Virus record (IMG/VR): IMGVR_UViG_3300044627_004059
Coordinates: 1-54,978 of that record
DNA length: 54,978 nt
Reading direction: 5' to 3' (one strand)
Source: a virus
Taxonomy: Duplodnaviria > Caudoviricetes
Part shown: piece by piece, positions 38,475 through 47,640 of the stretch
Numbering within the stretch: position 1 is the first letter of the stretch
Layout: each line of letters begins with the position of its first letter
Translations under genes and position numbers: made by a program
The notes under the pieces: generated by a model
Database searches by the model: none
Seen by the model: the letters and a program-made list of their open reading frames with translations, nothing else
What the model was told of the DNA's origin: nothing

Positions 38475-39413
38475 ATGAAAATAGCATTTTTTACAGAAAT
38501 GGGATTTTCTGGTAAAATACCAAGAACCCATGATAACATGAGAACGGAATTTGCATGGATGTGTGCGTTGAATTCTGATCATATTAACATAAATCACGCA
38601 TTGACTGAATTTGAATATATAGAAGCACCAGTTTATGATTTAGGTATAGTTATTATTCCTAAACATGTTAAAGAATTTGATATCAATAAATTAAAAACGA
38701 TTTGTAATAAAATTGCAGTAATGCAAGAAGGTCCAAATTGGCTTTGGCAAGACTATTCATTAGAACAACAAATTTGGTATTTCAATACATTAACATCTGC
38801 AGATATTATTTTTACACACAATGAAACGGATCGAAAATATTATCAAGGATTAACGACTCATCCGGATGTACGCGTATTGCCTAGTTTGATGATTGAAGAT
38901 TCTATAGGAGAATTAAAAATTGAAGAACGCCAAGATGTTATTATAGGTGGAAATTTTGTGTCTTGGTATGGTGGATTCGATTCTATGATTATAGCTAAAG
39001 AACTAGGAGATGTAGTATATGCGCCATCAATGGGTCGAAAACAACCCCTCGAAGACCAATTGGTTACGCATCTTCCATATATGAATTGGAAACAATGGAT
39101 CCATGAATTAAATAAGTTTAAATATGGTATTCATTTAATGCGAACTCACGCTGCCGGTACATTTGCATTGAATTGTTCGTATTTAGGAATTCCGTGTATA
39201 GGATACAAAGGATTAGATACTCAAGAACAACTTCATCCGGATTTAACAGTTGAATTAGGAGACTTAACATCTGCTAGAAAACTTGCGGCAAAACTTAGGA
39301 CGAATGAAGAATTTTATTTATATTGTAGTAATATAACAAAAAGATTATACGAAGAAAAATATCATGAAAATAAGTTTTATACAACCTTCACGGAACAATT
39401 TAAAGTATCTTAA
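38475..39413 (+). CDS. Putative GT-B glycosyltransferase
   Basis: MKIAFF start and AGTFALNCSYLGIPCIG C-terminal pattern. Confidence 0.6.
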   Translation: MKIAFFTEMGFSGKIPRTHDNMRTEFAWMCALNSDHININHALTEFEYIEAPVYDLGIVIIPKHVKEFDINKLKTICNKIAVMQEGPNWLWQDYSLEQQIWYFNTLTSADIIFTHNETDRKYYQGLTTHPDVRVLPSLMIEDSIGELKIEERQDVIIGGNFVSWYGGFDSMIIAKELGDVVYAPSMGRKQPLEDQLVTHLPYMNWKQWIHELNKFKYGIHLMRTHAAGTFALNCSYLGIPCIGYKGLDTQEQLHPDLTVELGDLTSARKLAAKLRTNEEFYLYCSNITKRLYEEKYHENKFYTTFTEQFKVS

Positions 39414-40572
39414 ATGGTCTTACGACGCAATCAGAAAAAATCAAGGCAATCATGAAGTAGAAATTTGCGTTGCAGATGATTTCAGCGATAAAGATGGTAC
39501 TTGGGATTGGTGTGTAGAAATGATGGAAAAAGATCCATTATTCAGAGCAATTCGTAATGAAGGTCCAGCTCGCCTAGGACATACAATATTGTATGATCGT
39601 TTAGTTAATGAAGTAGCATCATTCGATATTTGTATGATATATCATGCGGATATGTATCTATGTCCTGGAGCTTTGGATGCGATTGAAAAACATATTGGTT
39701 CCAAAAAAATTGTATCATTAACACGAATCGAACCTCCATTACATCCACCTGGACCAGAAAAGGTATTATTAAATTGTGGAGTTGAACCGGAACAATTTAA
39801 TGAAGATAAATTACTACATCATTTAGAAATGGAGTATGATATCGTATACGATGATAAAACAACTGAAGGTATATTTGCTCCATGGGCATTCATGAAATAC
39901 GATTTCCAAGAGATAGGAGGACACGATCCATTATATGCTCCGCAGTCAAAGGAAGATTCGGATATATTCAATCGATTTCAATTAAATGGAGTTTCATTCA
40001 TACAAACATGGGAAGGGTTTGTTTATCATATGACTTGCAGAGGTAGTAGATTTAATCCTACGTTAACAACCCCAGGACAAAATTCTCCGGAATGGGAAGC
40101 TCAGAATATAAGATCAACTCGAAACTTTATTCGTAAATGGGGACACTTTTGTAAACACGATACATTAATGAAACCTATAATACCGCCAAAATATAACATA
40201 GCATTTGTTGTTAAAAATTGCAATTCATATTTATTAGAAGCATTAGAACCATGGTGTGATAGAATATACATAGAAGATGATATGCAAGTATTAACGACGC
40301 ATTACATTGATAAGGAACAATCTAACACGGCATTTGACTTAACAAAACGAGTATTTTGTATCGGATACAACGATCCAAATGCAGAAAATGATATCGTTAT
40401 TGAAATCGATAGAAATCGGTTTTCGGAACAAGATTTTCAATACATTCAAATGATGTCAGAAATCATACAAAGTTCCGGAGAAGTAGGAGACTTTAAATTA
40501 GAAAATTTAAAAGTAACAATTAATCATTTAGAAACATACGAAAAAGATTTAATAATATGCGAAATGCAATAG
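39364..40572 (+). CDS. GT2 glycosyltransferase
   Basis: ISFIQP, ADDFSD.DGT, HADM, GGHD, EDSD. Confidence 0.85.
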   Translation: MKISFIQPSRNNLKYLKWSYDAIRKNQGNHEVEICVADDFSDKDGTWDWCVEMMEKDPLFRAIRNEGPARLGHTILYDRLVNEVASFDICMIYHADMYLCPGALDAIEKHIGSKKIVSLTRIEPPLHPPGPEKVLLNCGVEPEQFNEDKLLHHLEMEYDIVYDDKTTEGIFAPWAFMKYDFQEIGGHDPLYAPQSKEDSDIFNRFQLNGVSFIQTWEGFVYHMTCRGSRFNPTLTTPGQNSPEWEAQNIRSTRNFIRKWGHFCKHDTLMKPIIPPKYNIAFVVKNCNSYLLEALEPWCDRIYIEDDMQVLTTHYIDKEQSNTAFDLTKRVFCIGYNDPNAENDIVIEIDRNRFSEQDFQYIQMMSEIIQSSGEVGDFKLENLKVTINHLETYEKDLIICEMQ

Positions 40573-41465
40573 TAACAGGCGGTGCTGGATTTATAGGATC
40601 TACCATGACCGATCGTTTAATAAACGAAGGATACCATGTATTAGTAATTGATAATTTATCAACCGGCAAAGCTGAGAACGTTAATGATTTAGCTGAATTT
40701 CATAGAAAAGATTTAGCAGAAATTGATATACATGAATTAACGGTATTATTCGGAGGAGCGGATGTAGTTTTTCATTTTGCAGCATTAGCACGCGTACAAC
40801 CTTCAATTGAAGATCCGATTACATTTAATACAGCGAATGTACAAGGTACTTTAAAAGTATTATTAGCAGCACATCGTGCAAAAGTTAGACGTGTAGTTTA
40901 CAGTGCATCATCTTCTGCATATGGGAATACTGTTATTTTTCCGACTCCAGAAACCCATGGCACCAATCCGTTGTCCCCATATGGTTTACAAAAATTAATT
41001 GGCGAACAATATTGTAAAATGTTTAGCGAAGTATATGGATTAGATACGGTATCATTGCGTTATTTTAATGTTTATGGCGAACGTATGTCTACCGAAGGTG
41101 CTTATTGTTTGGTTATGGGAATATTTGCAAAACAATTGTTAAACGGGCAACCATTAACAATTACCAATGATGGCAATCAACGAAGAGACTTTACTTATGT
41201 AGATGATGTAGTTGAAGCCAATTGGTTAGCTGCCAATTATTCGGAATCATTAAATGGAGAAATTTTCAACATCGGAAATGGAAGTAACTATTCAGTTAAT
41301 GAAGTAGCAGATATGATGGGTGGAGAAAAAACTTACGGCAATCCTCGTATAGAACCATTTGCAACATTAGCTGATAATTCTAAGGCAAAAGAAATTTTAG
41401 GATGGATTCCAAAAGGACACTTACCTACCTGGATTGAAAAATATAAAGAACAACTAGGTCTTTAA
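40557..41465 (+). CDS. NDP-sugar epimerase/dehydratase (UDP-glucose/GlcNAc 4-epimerase-like)
   Basis: TGGAGFIGS, SASSSAYG, YGLQK, LRYFNVYG, RDFTYVDD. Confidence 0.93.
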   Translation: MRNAIVTGGAGFIGSTMTDRLINEGYHVLVIDNLSTGKAENVNDLAEFHRKDLAEIDIHELTVLFGGADVVFHFAALARVQPSIEDPITFNTANVQGTLKVLLAAHRAKVRRVVYSASSSAYGNTVIFPTPETHGTNPLSPYGLQKLIGEQYCKMFSEVYGLDTVSLRYFNVYGERMSTEGAYCLVMGIFAKQLLNGQPLTITNDGNQRRDFTYVDDVVEANWLAANYSESLNGEIFNIGNGSNYSVNEVADMMGGEKTYGNPRIEPFATLADNSKAKEILGWIPKGHLPTWIEKYKEQLGL

Positions 41466-41476
41466 TTAGTAGTACC

Positions 41477-41485
41477 ATATTTATA
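41477..41485 (+). promoter_or_regulatory. Class 2 motif ATATTTATA heading the lysis block
   Basis: Recurrent motif. Confidence 0.5.
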
Positions 41486-41541
41486 TTAAAGTTACAAGTT
41501 TTTAAAAAGTTACGCCAAGTTACTAACTAAAAAGGAAAAGT

Positions 41542-41814
41542 ATGGCATTTCAAAACTTTAAACAAATCTTTAAAAACTCTAACGATTACAACGAAAAAAC
41601 TATTATCGGATTCATGTCTTTTGCTGTAATGGCAATTGCTATGATAGTTGATTTAGTTACCGGCGCATTTGGAAACGAACTTCGTTTAAATGAATACATT
41701 TACAATTCATTTGTAATTGTTACATTGGGAAGTTTAGGTATAGCTGGTCTAGAAAAATTTGCTAAAGGCGGAGGAGAAACTAAACAAAATAATAATGACG
41801 AAGAAATAGGTTAA
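41542..41814 (+). CDS. Small 2-TM membrane protein, holin-like
   Basis: Two hydrophobic helices and a charged C-tail; lies upstream of the endolysin. Confidence 0.55.
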   Translation: MAFQNFKQIFKNSNDYNEKTIIGFMSFAVMAIAMIVDLVTGAFGNELRLNEYIYNSFVIVTLGSLGIAGLEKFAKGGGETKQNNNDEEIG

Positions 41815-41843
41815 TTTGAAGTAAAATTGAAAGGACTATCGCA

Positions 41844-42962
41844 ATGAAAAACCTATCAAAAGAAGAGTTATTAAGCAGGATAGAAGCAATTAATAGGAGT
41901 AATGCTCTTATTTATTTCGATCTTAATGGTATTATATTAGGCGTTAATGACATTTTTTTGGAAGCAATGGGTTATGGTATAGGCAATCACGAAGAACTTA
42001 TCGGTAAACATCATAGCATTTTTGTATGTGAAGATTATTCAAAATCATATGAGTATGAAAAGTTTTGGGATATCTTAAGAAGCGGAAAGTATTATCAAGG
42101 TGAGTTTGAACGACGAAGAAAAGATGGAAGTCTTATCAATCTGCAAGCAACTTATAACCCTATTTTTGATGAAAGTGGTAAAATAACCAAAATAATGAAA
42201 GTTGCGACTGACATTAGTGCAATTGTCAATAGTAAAAAACAAATAGATGCAATCAACAGAAGTACAGCTCTTATTAGTTTTAACACAGATGGTTTTATAA
42301 CAGAGGTTAATTCTATATTTTTAGAAACGATGGGATACAAAGCCAATGAAAAAGCTAAAGTTATTGGTAAGCATCACAGTGTTTTTGTAAGCTATGAGTA
42401 TTCTAAATCTGACGAGTATGCCAAGTTTTGGGAAAATCTAAGAAAGGGTAAATACTTTGATGGAGTATTTGAAAGAAGAAAAGTAGATGGCTCTATTGTA
42501 TATCTACAAGCATCTTATAACCCCGTACTTGATAGTAAAGGGAATATTACAGATGTAGTTAAGATTGCAACTGATATAACAGAAGCTGTAAATAATAAAA
42601 CAAAAATAGAGGCTCTTACAAAGAATTTACAGGCAGAACTAGACAATTCACAAAAGCTAAAGAATGCAATAGAATTAGAAAAGGATGCAGCTTTGAATGA
42701 CTTAGATGTAATGATGAAAAAAAGTCAGAGTGAGCTAATAAAAATCATTGTAAAAGTTGCCTTGTCTGTTATAGTTGGAGTTGGGCTTGTAACAACACTA
42801 TTATATTGGGTTGCAATTATAACAGAGCAAGACACGCAAATAATAGGATCAACTTGGAGTAATATGTTTAGTGTATTACTAACAAACGCATTTTCAATAG
42901 TAGGTACGATCATGGGTATCAAGTATGCTACTCATGAGCCTGGAAGTAAACAAAAAAAATAA
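41844..42962 (+). CDS. Tandem PAS-PAS sensor domains, coiled coil and two C-terminal TM helices
   Basis: Two 121-aa repeats (AINRS...N.IFL..MGY...IGKHHS.FV...FW..L..G...G.F.R...DGS...LQA.YNP..D..G.IT...K.ATDI) starting at 41886 and 42249. Confidence 0.88.
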   Translation: MKNLSKEELLSRIEAINRSNALIYFDLNGIILGVNDIFLEAMGYGIGNHEELIGKHHSIFVCEDYSKSYEYEKFWDILRSGKYYQGEFERRRKDGSLINLQATYNPIFDESGKITKIMKVATDISAIVNSKKQIDAINRSTALISFNTDGFITEVNSIFLETMGYKANEKAKVIGKHHSVFVSYEYSKSDEYAKFWENLRKGKYFDGVFERRKVDGSIVYLQASYNPVLDSKGNITDVVKIATDITEAVNNKTKIEALTKNLQAELDNSQKLKNAIELEKDAALNDLDVMMKKSQSELIKIIVKVALSVIVGVGLVTTLLYWVAIITEQDTQIIGSTWSNMFSVLLTNAFSIVGTIMGIKYATHEPGSKQKK

Positions 42963-42993
42963 ACATGGTAATAACAAAGAAAAAAGATTGATT

Positions 42994-43797
42994 ATGGTAC
43001 TAAAAAGAGGTGACAACAACGAACTAGTTAAAAAAGTTCAAGCAGTTTTAGGAGTAGAACAAGTAGGTAATTTTGGACCTAAAACGGAAGAAGCAGTTAA
43101 AGCGTGGCAAACTAAAAATGGTTTAACTCCCGATGGAGTAGTTGGACCAGCTACGTTAGCTAAAATGGGAATAGTAGTAGAAACGAAAGCTGCAGCTCCT
43201 GCAAAAGCTACTAAGTTTACTAGAGAACAAATCGAGACTGCAATCAAAGCTAAAGGATATAAATGGTTCGGTGATAAAGATTATGAATTGAATATCATCG
43301 GAATACGAAATGCAGATACCGGACAAAAAGTAACAAATTTGTTTGATGATTGGTTAACGTTATCTTATAAACTAGAAGGAGTTTGGAAATTTCATATATG
43401 GCCAGCAACTACCGATCCTGGAACGAAAGGTGTTATGCAATATGGTAACAAAGCTGGAGTTGCTAGACTAGTAGAAGGACAATATATCGGGTCACACATC
43501 ATGAGACTTCATGCCGGCAAATACGAAGCTTTAGGACAAAATAAACCAGTTAAAGTATTTAGAGATCCAAACAAAGATATGAAGTACGATGAAACCAAAA
43601 TCCAAGAAGGAGTATTTGGTATCAATATTCATAAAGCCGGCGCGGATTCGACATATGTAGAAAATTGGTCAGAAGGATGTCAAGTATTTAAACGTTCAGC
43701 AGACTTCGAAGAGTTTATGGCTATTTGTCGCAAAGCTAAAGCAGCACATGGAAATACATTTAACTATACATTGTTAAAATCAACAGATATTAAATAA
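42994..43797 (+). CDS. Probable endolysin: PG-binding domain plus YkuD/L,D-transpeptidase-like domain
   Basis: FGPKTEEAVKAWQ..NGL..DGVVGP.T (PG_binding_1); NIH...WSEGCQV. Start moved to ATG 42994. Confidence 0.78.
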   Translation: MVLKRGDNNELVKKVQAVLGVEQVGNFGPKTEEAVKAWQTKNGLTPDGVVGPATLAKMGIVVETKAAAPAKATKFTREQIETAIKAKGYKWFGDKDYELNIIGIRNADTGQKVTNLFDDWLTLSYKLEGVWKFHIWPATTDPGTKGVMQYGNKAGVARLVEGQYIGSHIMRLHAGKYEALGQNKPVKVFRDPNKDMKYDETKIQEGVFGINIHKAGADSTYVENWSEGCQVFKRSADFEEFMAICRKAKAAHGNTFNYTLLKSTDIK

Positions 43798-44219
43798 TGA
43801 AAACAACAGTACTTGCAATATATTTTTCGTTATCGACTATGTTAACTTTTATTTGTACTTATTTCTTTAACCTAACAATGAATCATTATGATCAATACTT
43901 GGCATTGATTTCTGTAGTATTCATCGATGGTTTTTTTGGCGTGATTGCAGGAATAAAACGCGAAGGATTTCAAACTCGTAAAGCAATTAAAGTTTTAAAA
44001 ACAGCAGCAGTATGGTGTGCATTCTTAACAGTACTGTTGTCAGTTGAAGATGCATATAAAGGTACTGGTTGGTTAAGTGAAACTATATTGATACCTTTTA
44101 TTGTATTTCAAATCATGAGTGCATTAAAAAATGCATCGATGGCTGGATTTATTAAAGCAAAATTGTTGAATCAAATTCTAGATAAATTTGACGACCATAA
44201 AGGCGTACGAGATAAATAA
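43797..44219 (+). CDS. Phage holin family protein
   Basis: Multi-TM, ID.FFG...K and S.L.N pattern; TAATG-coupled to the endolysin. Confidence 0.7.
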   Translation: MKTTVLAIYFSLSTMLTFICTYFFNLTMNHYDQYLALISVVFIDGFFGVIAGIKREGFQTRKAIKVLKTAAVWCAFLTVLLSVEDAYKGTGWLSETILIPFIVFQIMSALKNASMAGFIKAKLLNQILDKFDDHKGVRDK

Positions 44220-44221
44220 TC

Positions 44222-44536
44222 ATGTATAAAGCTGGCGGAATTGTAATGATAGCAGGAGTGATACTGTCGCTCCTGTTTATTGCCGCATTCGTTTGGTATG
44301 TTAATCGACATATCGGCGAAAAATTAAAAACAAAAGTATGGTTAACACGTTACGTATCTTTGTTATTAACGGCACTAGTTGGATTATTCATCGTTGACAA
44401 AGTAGTTAGTTTTCAAACAAAACTTCTTACCGACGAAATGAGTAATGGGTTATTTGAACTTATCAAAAGTATTGTACTAGTTATATTTGGTTATGAATTC
44501 GGCGGTAGCATAAAAAAAGATAACGATTCCGAATAA
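44222..44536 (+). CDS. Small 3-TM membrane protein
   Basis: Hydrophobic helices; ends IFGYEFG plus a charged tail. Confidence 0.6.
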   Translation: MYKAGGIVMIAGVILSLLFIAAFVWYVNRHIGEKLKTKVWLTRYVSLLLTALVGLFIVDKVVSFQTKLLTDEMSNGLFELIKSIVLVIFGYEFGGSIKKDNDSE

Positions 44537-44571
44537 TTTTGATTCTTATTTTATTTTTTATATCATATAGT

Positions 44572-44919
44572 ATGAACTATAAATACATCTTGTTATCCTT
44601 TTCGTTATTTTTGTTAGGACAGATATTAGTTTGGATACAAGTTAATGGCCCATTAATATGGCCATGGGCAAAAGAATGGCGTTGGGCTCTAATGATACTC
44701 GGAGTTCCTATAACTTGGTTATTCATGGAAGCTACTAGCTATGTTGTACAAGGATTTGGTGGACTTTTCTGGCCAGGACGATTCATATCATTTTGTGCAG
44801 GTATATTCATATTCACTTTGATGACATATATTTTTCGAGATGAAGCTATCAATGTAAAAACTGCAGTATCATTGACATTAGCATTTGCTTTAATTTTAGT
44901 TCAATTGTTTTGGAAATGA
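44572..44919 (+). CDS. Small 4-TM membrane protein (DMT/SMR-like topology)
   Basis: 115 aa with four hydrophobic segments; start moved to ATG 44572 just after a promoter motif. Confidence 0.6.
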   Translation: MNYKYILLSFSLFLLGQILVWIQVNGPLIWPWAKEWRWALMILGVPITWLFMEATSYVVQGFGGLFWPGRFISFCAGIFIFTLMTYIFRDEAINVKTAVSLTLAFALILVQLFWK

Positions 44920-44921
44920 TG

Positions 44922-44930
44922 ATATTTATT
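44922..44930 (+). promoter_or_regulatory. Class 2 motif ATATTTATT upstream of the NTase fusion
   Basis: Recurrent motif; ATG at 44935. Confidence 0.5.
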
Positions 44931-44934
44931 ATAT

Positions 44935-46284
44935 ATGATCCAAGAATACATTACACAGAAAACACTTAATCCAAAGCTTTGGAGCAATGGTAAACTTCGT
45001 AAGAAACTTCGTGCTGGATTCTTAAAAATTGCCAATGAATTTTACAAGTTTCTAGATGTCGATGCAGCTGTAAAAGACATCATAATCATTGGTAGTAGTG
45101 CCAATTACAATTGGACAGAACATAGTGATATAGATTTGCATGTAGTTATTAATTACGGTCAAGTTGGAGACAATTTGCATTTGGTTAAAAATTACATGCA
45201 CGCTAAAAAAAGCATATGGAATGAAAATTATCCATTATCATTAAAAGGCATGAACATTGAATTGTATGCACAAGATGTTAACGAAAAACTACATTCTACA
45301 GTAGCATCTTATTCTTTGATGCAAAATAAATGGTTAACGAAACCAACGGCTGATATGATTTCAATTGATGATGCTATCATACAACAAAAGGCAGAACCGT
45401 ATGAATATGAAATTGATGAATTAAAAGATACAGACCCGCATATCGAAAAGAAAATACAAAGTCTTAAAACCAGACTACGTCATTTACGACAAACCGGATT
45501 AGATGCGGAAGGAGAATATTCTATAGAAAATATGGCGTATAAACATCTACGTAATAAAGGCTATTTAGAACGTTTAAACCGTCTTGAACAAAAGGTTACA
45601 ATGGGTCGCCTTTCTGTAGAAGAAGCTGTAAATGAATTCAATATACCCCAAATGATAGACAAAGGCAAGTCTCAAGTAAAAACTTTCGTGTCAGCCATGA
45701 AAAATGAAACTTTAGAGACAAAACACGCATTAAAAATGATTCTAGATCATTTAAATGGAGAAAAATTAACTCCCGAAGAATGGTCATGGGTTCGTGGCCA
45801 AATGAAAGATGTCGTTAAAATGCTAGGATTAACTACGATGGCAGTAGCTCCAGGAGGAAGTTTAGTAGCACTATTAGCAAAAGCACTTAAGGCCGATAAA
45901 TACATTTTGCCGTCTTCATTTCAAAAACAAGATGAAAAAGAAGTTACCGAATCTTTAGTAATGCACGTTACTGGTAAGAAAACTTTAGATACGGATGGGT
46001 GGGATGATATAATTAAAAAAACCGGGGCTGTTACAACGCATCGGGGACAATGGGATCACCCCGGTCAATGCACAATGATTCCTGGTAATCAAATTACAAT
46101 GAAGAACGTTGCATATCCAGTAATGGGAATAGATGACACCGGACACGCACAAATGATGCACCCGGAACAAGATTATGATTATCCCGGTACTAAAGTTTTT
46201 GAAATACCACATACAGCACAATGGCAAACTATGTTAATGCGGCTTCAAAATGTAATACGTAATGGAACAAACTATGCAAAGTAA
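44935..46284 (+). CDS. Modular protein: Pol-beta-type nucleotidyltransferase, LETM1-like helical domain and a C-terminal module
   Basis: GSSANYNW...SDIDLH...ELY; LTPEE...QMKD...PGGS...LPSSF; GQWDHPG...ITMKNV.YPV.G. Confidence 0.72.
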   Translation: MIQEYITQKTLNPKLWSNGKLRKKLRAGFLKIANEFYKFLDVDAAVKDIIIIGSSANYNWTEHSDIDLHVVINYGQVGDNLHLVKNYMHAKKSIWNENYPLSLKGMNIELYAQDVNEKLHSTVASYSLMQNKWLTKPTADMISIDDAIIQQKAEPYEYEIDELKDTDPHIEKKIQSLKTRLRHLRQTGLDAEGEYSIENMAYKHLRNKGYLERLNRLEQKVTMGRLSVEEAVNEFNIPQMIDKGKSQVKTFVSAMKNETLETKHALKMILDHLNGEKLTPEEWSWVRGQMKDVVKMLGLTTMAVAPGGSLVALLAKALKADKYILPSSFQKQDEKEVTESLVMHVTGKKTLDTDGWDDIIKKTGAVTTHRGQWDHPGQCTMIPGNQITMKNVAYPVMGIDDTGHAQMMHPEQDYDYPGTKVFEIPHTAQWQTMLMRLQNVIRNGTNYAK

Positions 46285-46468
46285 AGGATTAGGCGACGAT
46301 ATTAAACGAATAACTTCGGCAACTGGATTGGATCAACTTGCTAAAAAAATAGCACATCTTCTAGATGAAGATTGTGGATGTGATGACAGACAAGCTTGGT
46401 TAAACGAACAAACAAAAGATTGGTGGCCTTACAAAAAAAGGAATATAGAAAATGGCGATAATAAATAA
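46274..46468 (+). CDS. Small phage protein
   Basis: SKGLGD.I...T..TG...DCGCDDRQAWLN pattern. Confidence 0.65.
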   Translation: MQSKGLGDDIKRITSATGLDQLAKKIAHLLDEDCGCDDRQAWLNEQTKDWWPYKKRNIENGDNK

Positions 46469-46967
46469 AACGGGTATTACCAATGGCGGTACTATTCAAG
46501 CAGAACATGTTACAAGAGCAATTGATGCATTAAGTGGAGGTAGTACAGATACTGTAGTAGCAACTGGATCGTTTTCGGGTTCATTAACTGGAGAAGTATT
46601 AGGTAGTTCGACATCTACATTAACTGTTAATACCGCTGCGGGATCTGATAATAGTACACATTATGTATTATTTGGTGACGCAACAACCGGACAACAAACA
46701 CCATTAACTGATACTACATTTACATATAATCCGTCTACAAATACATTAACGTTAACAGGATCATTAAATGTTAGCGGAAGTACTAACTCAAACATATCAG
46801 CAACGGCTACATCTAAAATTAATTTAAGTGCAATAAGTTCAAGTGGATATTTTGCATTACCATTATCTCAACCTAGCAATCCGGTTACTGGATCTGTATA
46901 TGTTGATTTTACTGCTGGAAATTTTGCAATATGGGATGGGGTTACGTGGAGACTTATATCTTTTTAA
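46452..46967 (+). CDS. Ser/Thr/Gly-rich structural (fibre-like) protein
   Basis: TGSFSGSLTG, TGSLNVSGS, YNPSTN, G..Y.D...WDG..W motifs. Confidence 0.6.
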   Translation: MAIINKTGITNGGTIQAEHVTRAIDALSGGSTDTVVATGSFSGSLTGEVLGSSTSTLTVNTAAGSDNSTHYVLFGDATTGQQTPLTDTTFTYNPSTNTLTLTGSLNVSGSTNSNISATATSKINLSAISSSGYFALPLSQPSNPVTGSVYVDFTAGNFAIWDGVTWRLISF

Positions 46968-46997
46968 TTGATATTTATAATAAAATAAAGGAAAATT

Positions 46998-47165
46998 ATG
47001 AAACTTACAAAAGAACAAATTTTAGGAATCGTTCGTCATGCATTAACATTTGTTGGGGGTATCTTTGTGATGAAAGGATTAATCGAAGAAACCGTAGTAA
47101 CAGAAATCGTAGGTGGTGCAATGACACTTACCGGCGCTATTTGGTCTATCATAGAAAAGGCATAA
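46998..47165 (+). CDS. Small 2-TM holin-like protein (55 aa, not in the ORF track)
   Basis: MKLTKEQILGIVRHALTFVGGIFVMKGLIEETVVTEIVGGAMTLTGAIWSIIEKA, preceded by AAGGA and an ATATTTATA motif. Confidence 0.7.
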   Translation: MKLTKEQILGIVRHALTFVGGIFVMKGLIEETVVTEIVGGAMTLTGAIWSIIEKA

Positions 47166-47166
47166 C

Positions 47167-47637
47167 ATGGCACACTTGAATGAATGTGGTTGTAATTCAG
47201 AAATGGATCATAGCAATACTGATAACTACATGTTTTTTCAAAATTTAAAAACTATTAAGAAAATGGTAGATGCCATGTTGAAGATGGATCCTGCACATGT
47301 AGATCAAATACTTTCAAATGGACATGGTTGGGCAGCAGATCATATTGCAACATCAAAAGATGATGTAGAAGAAGTTGGCGGATTTTTAATGAACTCCGAA
47401 CATACAGATTACGGTCATATGTCTAATGACATTGCATACAATTCACAACAACCACAATTCGTTCCTGTTGGATTTAAGGATCAATTAAAAACTGTCATGC
47501 ATGAAAAAATTCAAAAAGTCGATGGGGGTTGGGCAGTATATCCTAGTAAAGGCGGAAAACGTTTAGGTACGCATCCTACTAAAAAAGCTGCATTGAAACA
47601 ATTAGCAGCAATTGAAATTTCAAAAATGAAAAAATAA
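47167..47637 (+). CDS. Hypothetical two-module protein
   Basis: NYMFFQNL...HGWAADHI module plus EKIQK...KRLGTHPTKKAALKQLAAIEISK module. Confidence 0.6.
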   Translation: MAHLNECGCNSEMDHSNTDNYMFFQNLKTIKKMVDAMLKMDPAHVDQILSNGHGWAADHIATSKDDVEEVGGFLMNSEHTDYGHMSNDIAYNSQQPQFVPVGFKDQLKTVMHEKIQKVDGGWAVYPSKGGKRLGTHPTKKAALKQLAAIEISKMKK

Positions 47638-47640
47638 AGT

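Noticed and set aside
24947-41465. Interpreting the window as a bacterial chromosome with an LPS/capsule locus
   Set aside because: The flanks are phage-type (gp32-, gp41-, gp43-, gp44-, gp45-like, holins, endolysin), there are no export or polymerase genes, and the phage promoter motifs also occur inside the island.
46931-47179. 82-aa track ORF MGWGYVET...
   Set aside because: Replaced by the 55-aa holin-like ORF at 46998-47165, which has an RBS, an upstream motif and a coherent 2-TM sequence.
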